A stretch of DNA of 15,298 bases from Bdellovibrionota bacterium (lineage in GTDB: Bacteria > Bdellovibrionota > UBA1018 > UBA923), in NCBI GenBank assembly GCA_040754655.1, contig JBFMCE010000094.1, forward strand, positions 1-15,298, written 5' to 3'. A program made the translations under genes and the position numbers. The stretch's first letter is position 1; each line of letters begins with the position of its first letter. The notes below the pieces were generated by a model. That model saw only the letters and a list, made by a program, of their open reading frames with translations, searched no databases and was not told the origin of the DNA. Below, in pieces: positions 1 to 6,582 of the stretch.

Positions 1-245
1 TGAACGAGGAAGAAAAAACAAAGGGCGGAATCATCATTCCAGATACCGCCAAAGAAAAGCCCGCTGAAGGCGAAGTGGTTTCAGTAGGTCCAGGCCGTCG
101 CACTGAAGACGGAAAACTGGTTGCACTTGAAGTAAAACAAGGCGACCGCATTTTATTCGGCAAGTATTCGGGAACAGAGATCAAGATCGATGGCGATGAT
201 TTCTTGATCATGCGCGAAGATGATGTTCTCGGCATCATGCACTAA
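1..245 (+). CDS. groES: Co-chaperonin GroES (5' truncated by window edge)
   Basis: Manual translation from position 3 gives [31 protein letters not shown]...[34 protein letters not shown], with TAA at 243-245. It has the GroES mobile-loop motif and lies directly upstream of groEL. Confidence 0.98.
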   Translation, partial: NEEEKTKGGIIIPDTAKEKPAEGEVVSVGPGRRTEDGKLVALEVKQGDRILFGKYSGTEIKIDGDDFLIMREDDVLGIMH

Positions 246-252
246 ACCTTGA

Positions 253-1938
<1,686 letters not shown>

Positions 1939-1965
1939 TCGAAGAGCCAAATACGCAAAAGGCCT

Positions 1966-2013
1966 AAAAAAGGGCGCTGTTTCTCGAAAGGGGGGCAGCG
2001 CCTTTTTGTTTTT
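1966..2013 (+). terminator. Intrinsic terminator after groEL, probably shared with the convergent protease genes
   Basis: AAAAAA-GGGCGCTGTTTCTC-GAAA-GGGGGGCAGCGCCT-TTTTGTTTTT: a ~14 bp stem (several G-U pairs) with a GAAA loop, a U-tract on the + strand and an A-tract upstream. Confidence 0.9.
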
Positions 2014-3217
2014 AATGCGTGACTGTAGTGGTCGACGAGAAGTCTTCAGCCTTGGTGCTCGTGGCCGCGTCGTACGCCGGGCTCATCGACGAGGTTCTTA
2101 CAACCGTTGTTGTTTCTGTGTCTGAGACAGAGTTGGCCACGGTCGTTGGCGAGTCATCAACGACGATGGGGTCATTCAAGCTGAGCGTGTGTGTTTTTTG
2201 ACTCGCATCGCAATCAACCTGCGAAACGTGGTTGACTGGTTCATCGCTAATAGCTTTGGTTGAGGTTAAAACATATTCTGTACCGTCTGCCTCATCAGCC
2301 GAAAGGGCAACCATCGGGACTGGGTGTTTTTGCCGAGCTCTTTGAATAGTCTCAATAAAAGCGGTTGGTTTGACAGCGGTACTTGCATATGGGTAGGCGT
2401 ATTTTTTTAATCGCAGGTATTCATCTGCAGAGAGATCGACGTTTTTGGGCGTATAGTATCCTGCGTTCAGCCCCACGATCTGATATTCGCCGGCGATGTT
2501 GAACAGAAGAGGCGATCCTGAGGCTCCTTTAAGGATGTCACAGTCAGTATTCAGTTGGTGTAGGTCAAGATCTTGGATCAAGCACGTTTGATCTTGCATG
2601 TTTGCTTTATCGGTCGTGTAACCAATGGTGCGTACTGAAGTAGGGATTTTAAGGGTAGAGAGATCAGAAACTGTCTTGAAGTAACCCACCTTCTTCCCGA
2701 TAGGTTCTCGTAAGACGAGAACAGCGAAGTCTTGATCGTTTCGATATTTTATTTCTCTATTCTCGGTAATTTCTTCTACACGGTTATAGTAAACATCCGT
2801 AACCGTGCTTTTTGCTACCCATTGACCTTCGGTGTAACCCGCGTAAAAAGTAAATTTACGACCGTTCATAGACTCGAGGCAGTGCAAATTGGTAAGAACC
2901 AAGTTTTCGCCTACTAGAGCTGCGCTACAGTATTGAGTGAGCTGCCCAGAATGAGAGACGGTTCCCGCAAGAATGCCTATCTTGGAATAAGGATAAACAT
3001 TTTTTGCATCTTCAAAACTCACATCTTTTCGATCATCGGGTTCGAAGATGTGCGATGGAGCAAGCTTTGCAAGCGCTTCCGGCAGAAGTGAAAAAGCACC
3101 ACCAGCTATCGTTGGCACACAAGCTGCGACGCCTGGGGTTTTTGCTAGAACAGGTATCGGTTTGAGCAAAACGAAAATCACCGCGATCATGAAAAGATGA
3201 ATTAGATTTTTAAACAT
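2012..3217 (-). CDS. Secreted trypsin-like (S1, V8/glutamyl-endopeptidase-like fold) serine protease with Ser/Thr-rich C-terminal tail
   Basis: N-terminal hydrophobic signal peptide. Catalytic triad motifs CSAALVGENLVLTNLHC (His), DFAVLVL (Asp) and DCDILKGASGSP (Ser). IFEPDDR resembles the mature N-terminus of bacterial V8-like proteases. Confidence 0.9.
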   Translation of the reverse strand: MFKNLIHLFMIAVIFVLLKPIPVLAKTPGVAACVPTIAGGAFSLLPEALAKLAPSHIFEPDDRKDVSFEDAKNVYPYSKIGILAGTVSHSGQLTQYCSAALVGENLVLTNLHCLESMNGRKFTFYAGYTEGQWVAKSTVTDVYYNRVEEITENREIKYRNDQDFAVLVLREPIGKKVGYFKTVSDLSTLKIPTSVRTIGYTTDKANMQDQTCLIQDLDLHQLNTDCDILKGASGSPLLFNIAGEYQIVGLNAGYYTPKNVDLSADEYLRLKKYAYPYASTAVKPTAFIETIQRARQKHPVPMVALSADEADGTEYVLTSTKAISDEPVNHVSQVDCDASQKTHTLSLNDPIVVDDSPTTVANSVSDTETTTVVRTSSMSPAYDAATSTKAEDFSSTTTVTH

Positions 3218-3219
3218 AT

Positions 3220-4400
3220 TTAATGCGCCGTCGAAGTTTTTACGAAGGAAGGGGTGCTTGTGAGCGTCTTTCCGTCGACTCCCACCGAAGAAGATTTGGT
3301 AAAAGAGACGGTGGCCGTTTTTCCTTCTGAAAGCGACCCAGCCGTAGTCGGAGTTCGACTAAGATGAGAAGGGTTGCCAGCAGGTATCGAGCTTATGGTG
3401 CCTGTTTTTACGGCGACATCGTCGCATTCAATTTGCGAGGCCTCTTGAATTCCGGCGTCGTGAACGGCAGTAATTCCGGCATCCGATTCGGTCTGAGCAT
3501 ATTTTTTTCTGTAGTCTTCTTGCGCATCCCGAAGGACGTCGATGAACGAATCAGGGCGGACCGCTACACTGGCATGAGAGTGAACGTACTTGCTGAGTTC
3601 GTAATATTGATCCTTCTTAAGATTATCGGTCGTTAACTTACTTGCGCCTGAATTTAGTGCCACTATTCGGTATTCTCCTCCCATACTGAAGAGCAATGGC
3701 GAGCCTGAAGCGCCGCTCAAAAGATCGCAGTCAGTGCGTACTTCCCCTGAAGTGATTTCTTTGATTGTGCAGATCTGATCTTGCATATTTTCTTTATCAG
3801 CCGCATATCCAATGGAACGTACCACCGTAGGAGCTTTGAATGGCGATATGTCTGGGGTGACTTTTAGGTAGCCCAATTTTTTCCAATCGGTTCTTCTAAA
3901 ACAAGAACTGCAAAATCCTGACTTTGGAAGAATTCGATGTTCCCGTCATCTTTCGTGGTTGGAACGCGCTTATAGTGAACCTGTATGGCATTGCTTTCAG
4001 CAATCGACTTGCCTTCAGTATGTCCGGCTTTAAAGGTAAAGACGAGATCCTTAAGCCCATTCAGACAGTGCAGATTTGTGAGCACCAGGTTTTCTCCGAC
4101 TAAAACACCACTGCAAGAATGCATCTGGAATCCCCAAACAGGATCTTTCGCGACGACAAGTCCCATGCGGGAATAGGGATAAAACTTTTGAGCATTCTCG
4201 AAGCTCACGTCCTTTCGACTGTCCGGCAGAAAAATATGGGTGGGTGCGAGTTGAGCTAGCATTTTTGGTAGAAGTGATGAAGAGCCTCCGATCATTGGAA
4301 TGCAAGTAGGAATTCCCGGGGTCTTCGCTAAGACGATCACGGAATCGGTCGATACGAAAAGCATCACGGCAGCCAAGAAATAAAGCGCATTTTTCGACAT
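3220..4400 (-). pseudogene. Paralogous secreted trypsin-like serine protease split by a 1-nt frameshift at 3877-3882 (pseudogene, sequencing error or recoded gene)
   Basis: The 5' part (ATG 4400, MSKNALYFLAAV...TNLHC...DFAVLVLEEPIGK) and the 3' part (GYLK...DCDLLSGASGSP...STAH*) are colinear with the 2012-3217 paralog. One more A in GG-AAAAAA-TTG restores EPIGKKLGYLK, matching the paralog's EPIGKKVGYFK. Confidence 0.88.
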
Positions 4401-4428
4401 GGTTTTTCTCTCTCTCGTATCTATACAA

Positions 4429-4445
4429 AGCAAACAAAGTGCCAG
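4429..4445 (-). promoter_or_regulatory. Sigma-54 (RpoN) -24/-12 promoter for the protease pair
   Basis: The minus strand reads CTGGCACTTTGTTTGCT, matching the TGGCAC-N5-TTGC consensus with exact GG-N10-GC spacing. The predicted +1 near 4418 is 18 nt before the ATG at 4400. Confidence 0.85.
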
Positions 4446-4458
4446 AGTGTTATCGATG

Positions 4459-4471
4459 TAAGTTATTGAAA
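4459..4471 (-). promoter_or_regulatory. IHF-like binding site
   Basis: The minus strand reads TTTCAATAACTTA, one mismatch to WATCAANNNNTTR. It lies in an AT-rich tract about 40-55 nt upstream of the predicted sigma-54 start, where IHF sites usually sit. Confidence 0.55.
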
Positions 4472-4506
4472 GTATTATGATTTTAACGGAGACTGTGAAG
4501 CGAATT

Positions 4507-4523
4507 TGTTTAAGAAATAGGCA
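4507..4523. promoter_or_regulatory. Candidate upstream activator sequence (imperfect palindrome) for a sigma-54 enhancer-binding protein
   Basis: TGTTTA-AGAAA-TAGGCA is an imperfect inverted repeat about 90-105 nt upstream of the predicted protease +1. Confidence 0.4.
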
Positions 4524-4541
4524 GTTGTTCAGCCAAAAATT

Positions 4542-4563
4542 TGTAGTGTCCGTGTAGTGTCCG
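4542..4563 (+). repeat. Perfect tandem duplication of the 11-mer TGTAGTGTCCG (possible duplicated IS terminus)
   Basis: 4542-4552 and 4553-4563 are identical. Confidence 0.9.
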
Positions 4564-4772
4564 GGGACAAAGGTAACAAAAGGGCGAGTGAAATGAGCTC
4601 TGGGAGCGGAAAAGAAAGCAGCTGCCGTCGCAACCGAGACGTGGTTTGATTAGATTACGAAGTCAAATCAACTACTTCAAGGATGGAGGCAGCTGTGAGA
4701 GATTTGTATCGAGAATTAAAGCAAAAGGCCAGAGGTTGTCGTGATCGGGATGTGAGAATTAAGCTTGAACTC
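4542..4772 (+). mobile_element. Probable truncated insertion-sequence remnant (IS481-like left end plus transposase N-terminal stub)
   Basis: It begins with TGT. A GGAGG site (4685-4689) precedes GTG 4695, encoding MRDLYRELKQKARGCRDRDVRIKLEL, which resembles the segment preceding the HTH of IS481/IS630-type transposases. The frame closes at TGA 4806-4808 and no right end is seen. The family call is from recognition, not a search. Confidence 0.45.
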
Positions 4773-4922
4773 GGAACGTGTTGTTGGACAAGGGCGGTCA
4801 CTGATTGAATTGGTCGTGAAGGGATTTGCCAATGGGCCACCCGCAACAGAATTGACGTTTTCGGAAAAAGCAGTCTTAGCTGCAAGAATCAGTGCGAGGT
4901 GCAATAGTAGAAGCGTTCGCAT
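4716..4922 (-). CDS. Short ORF with a Sec-type signal peptide; likely the 5' remnant of a secreted-protein gene
   Basis: MRTLLLLHLALILAAKTAFS-ENV has basic, hydrophobic and AxS regions. The 3' end runs into the putative IS stub. The RBS is weak. Confidence 0.4.
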   Translation of the reverse strand: MRTLLLLHLALILAAKTAFSENVNSVAGGPLANPFTTNSISDRPCPTTRSEFKLNSHIPITTTSGLLL

Positions 4923-4945
4923 TCAGCTTTAATGATACTCGTTAT

Positions 4946-4970
4946 CTGCGCTTTCTTACAAGAAGCGCAG
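4946..4970. other. Intergenic hairpin
   Basis: CTGCGCTTTCT-TACA-AGAAGCGCAG forms a 10 bp stem with one bulged T, followed by TTCGTT. Confidence 0.5.
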
Positions 4971-5026
4971 TTCGTTCGAGTGAGTGCCGACACCGTGGTG
5001 GCGTTTTGATAAGAAACCTCGCTGCA

Positions 5027-5061
5027 TTTTTTCCCCTGTCGCAGGTTTGACGGCGGGAAAA
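5027..5061. promoter_or_regulatory. Inverted repeat with GTC-N8-GAC core; candidate enhancer for the flagellar sigma-54 promoter
   Basis: TTTTCCC-CTGTC-GCAGGTTT-GACGG-C-GGGAAAA, about 190-215 nt upstream of the predicted flgB +1. Confidence 0.4.
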
Positions 5062-5216
5062 TCAACGATCGTTAAAGTGTTGGCGGTCGGAGTTGAAGGT
5101 CGCCTGTCGTGAGGGGCGCTTCTTTCCCAGAGAAGTGGCCCAAAGCGGACAGAACTTCCCATGGCGGATCGGGCCGAGGCCTCGAGTCGGTCCGTGCCAA
5201 TAGAATCTATTTCATC

Positions 5217-5233
5217 TTGGCCCGGCTCTTGCT
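5217..5233 (+). promoter_or_regulatory. Sigma-54 (RpoN) -24/-12 promoter of the flgB operon
   Basis: TTGGCCCGGCTCTTGCT has exact GG-N10-GC spacing. The predicted +1 near 5244 is about 60 nt before flgB. Confidence 0.82.
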
Positions 5234-5280
5234 TTACTTCGATCACAGAGCAGTCTCTTGTGAGCGTTTGCGTTTTCTAA

Positions 5281-5300
5281 AAGTTCCATGGAGGGAACTT
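5281..5300 (+). promoter_or_regulatory. Hairpin enclosing the flgB Shine-Dalgarno site (AUGGAG hexaloop; CsrA-like site)
   Basis: AAGTTCC-ATGGAG-GGAACTT is a perfect 7 bp stem ending 4 nt before the ATG at 5305. Confidence 0.55.
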
Positions 5301-5304
5301 CGAC

Positions 5305-5718
5305 ATGTCGGACACGCTTTTCGATTCAACCATCGGCGGCCTGAATGCTGCGATGAACTTCCAGTTGATCCGTCAGAATGTTGTTTCAAGCAACATCGCC
5401 AATGCCGACACTCCTGGCTACAAAGCTCAAAAGGTGGAGTTCGAGGACGCGCTTCGCAATGCGCTTGAAATTTCGGGCAGGCTCAAGATGGAAGCCTCGA
5501 GCCCGGAGCATTTCTCAAAGGCTGATCCTGGCCATATCGACCCTGAAATCTACGACAATCCCAATGGCATAGTGAACTTAGACGGCAATACCGTTGACCG
5601 AAACGCTGAGCAAGTGGCGATGGCCGAGACTCAGATCCAGTATTCGGCCGCCTCAGAGATGCTGCGCCGAAAACTAGGGTTGCTCAAGTACGCGATTAGC
5701 GAAGGAGGAAATAGGTAA
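5305..5718 (+). CDS. flgB: Flagellar basal-body rod protein FlgB
   Basis: Motifs RQNVVSSNIANADTPGYKA and DGNTVD; 137 aa; first gene of the flgBC-fliE cluster. Confidence 0.97.
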   Translation: MSDTLFDSTIGGLNAAMNFQLIRQNVVSSNIANADTPGYKAQKVEFEDALRNALEISGRLKMEASSPEHFSKADPGHIDPEIYDNPNGIVNLDGNTVDRNAEQVAMAETQIQYSAASEMLRRKLGLLKYAISEGGNR

Positions 5719-6155
5719 TGGATTTTTTTAGCAGCATGCGCATCAGCGCGACAGGCATGAACGCGCAGCAGACCCGCATGAACACGATCTCGAGCAATAT
5801 CGCCAACGCCGAAACGGCGGAGACGGAAGCCGGCGGTCCTTACAAGAGAAGAGATCCCGTTTTCACGGCCACCGTTGACCGTGAAAACTTTGGCGAAATA
5901 TTGGCAGGACACATGGATGAGCATGCGCAAGGAGTTTTGGTCACTGAAATCCAAGAAGACACGAGAGCGCCGCGAATGGTCTATAATCCCAAGCACCCTC
6001 TCGCAAACTCAGAAGGATATGTGGCGATGCCGAATGTGAACGCTGTTGAGGAAATGGCCAATATGATCTCGGCGACGAGGTCGTATGAAGCCAACGCGAC
6101 AGCCTTGAACGCGGCAAAGGGCATGGCGATGAAGGCCTTGGAGATAGGAAAGTAA
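5718..6155 (+). CDS. flgC: Flagellar basal-body rod protein FlgC
   Basis: Motifs RMNTISSNIANAET, GGPYKRR and YNPKHPLANSEGYVAMPNVN...EMANMISATRSYEAN. TAATG overlap with flgB. Confidence 0.98.
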   Translation: MDFFSSMRISATGMNAQQTRMNTISSNIANAETAETEAGGPYKRRDPVFTATVDRENFGEILAGHMDEHAQGVLVTEIQEDTRAPRMVYNPKHPLANSEGYVAMPNVNAVEEMANMISATRSYEANATALNAAKGMAMKALEIGK

Positions 6156-6216
6156 CAAATGGCTAAGGGGGACCTGTTGAAATTCTTGCATCTGCCTGCA
6201 CGGGAGAGGTTTTGAA

Positions 6217-6564
6217 ATGGCGAACATGACCATCGAGAACATCGGCGGCTTCATTCAAAGCGGCAATGCGGAAAAGATCATCGATCGGGGAGTATCGATC
6301 GAGACGCCGCAAGCCCCGTCTGCCGCGCCTGCGGAGGCTGGTTCCGGCTCTTTTTCTCAGATGCTCAAAGACAGCCTGGATAAGGTCAATGAAGTTCAAT
6401 TGCAAGCCGACCGAGCGGCCCAAGAATTGACGGCGGGAAAGAATAAGAACATTCACGAGACGATGTTGATACTCGAGAAGGCCGACATGAGTTTCAAGCT
6501 TGCGATGCAAGTTCGGAACAAGATCATCGAAGCTTACCGGGAAATCATGCGCATGCAGGTGTAA
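6217..6564 (+). CDS. fliE: Flagellar hook-basal body protein FliE
   Basis: C-terminal QVRNKIIEAYREIMRMQV signature. Confidence 0.97.
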   Translation: MANMTIENIGGFIQSGNAEKIIDRGVSIETPQAPSAAPAEAGSGSFSQMLKDSLDKVNEVQLQADRAAQELTAGKNKNIHETMLILEKADMSFKLAMQVRNKIIEAYREIMRMQV

Positions 6565-6582
6565 TTTGAGGAGAGCTCTAGA

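Noticed and set aside
3220..3876. 218 aa ORF as an independent gene starting at TTG 3876
   Set aside because: It is the C-terminal half of the frameshifted protease and lacks a signal peptide and the catalytic His/Asp.
4401..4433. Protease start at 4433 as given in the ORF track
   Set aside because: It lies inside the -12 element of the sigma-54 promoter. ATG 4400 aligns with the paralog start and gives a proper signal peptide.
4542..4563. Direct repeat as a CRISPR remnant
   Set aside because: It is only 11 bp, with two copies, no spacer and no cas genes.
5184..5200. TTGGCACG on the minus strand as another sigma-54 promoter
   Set aside because: It is a perfect -24 half-site, but the -12 position reads CT rather than GC.
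4956..5468. ORFs 4956-5246 (-) and 5109-5468 (+)
   Set aside because: They overlap the flgB promoter or flgB itself and show no protein-like features.
6175..6190. TGTTGAAATTCTTGCA as an internal sigma-54 promoter for fliE
   Set aside because: The -12 element is good, but the -24 position reads GT instead of the near-invariant GG.
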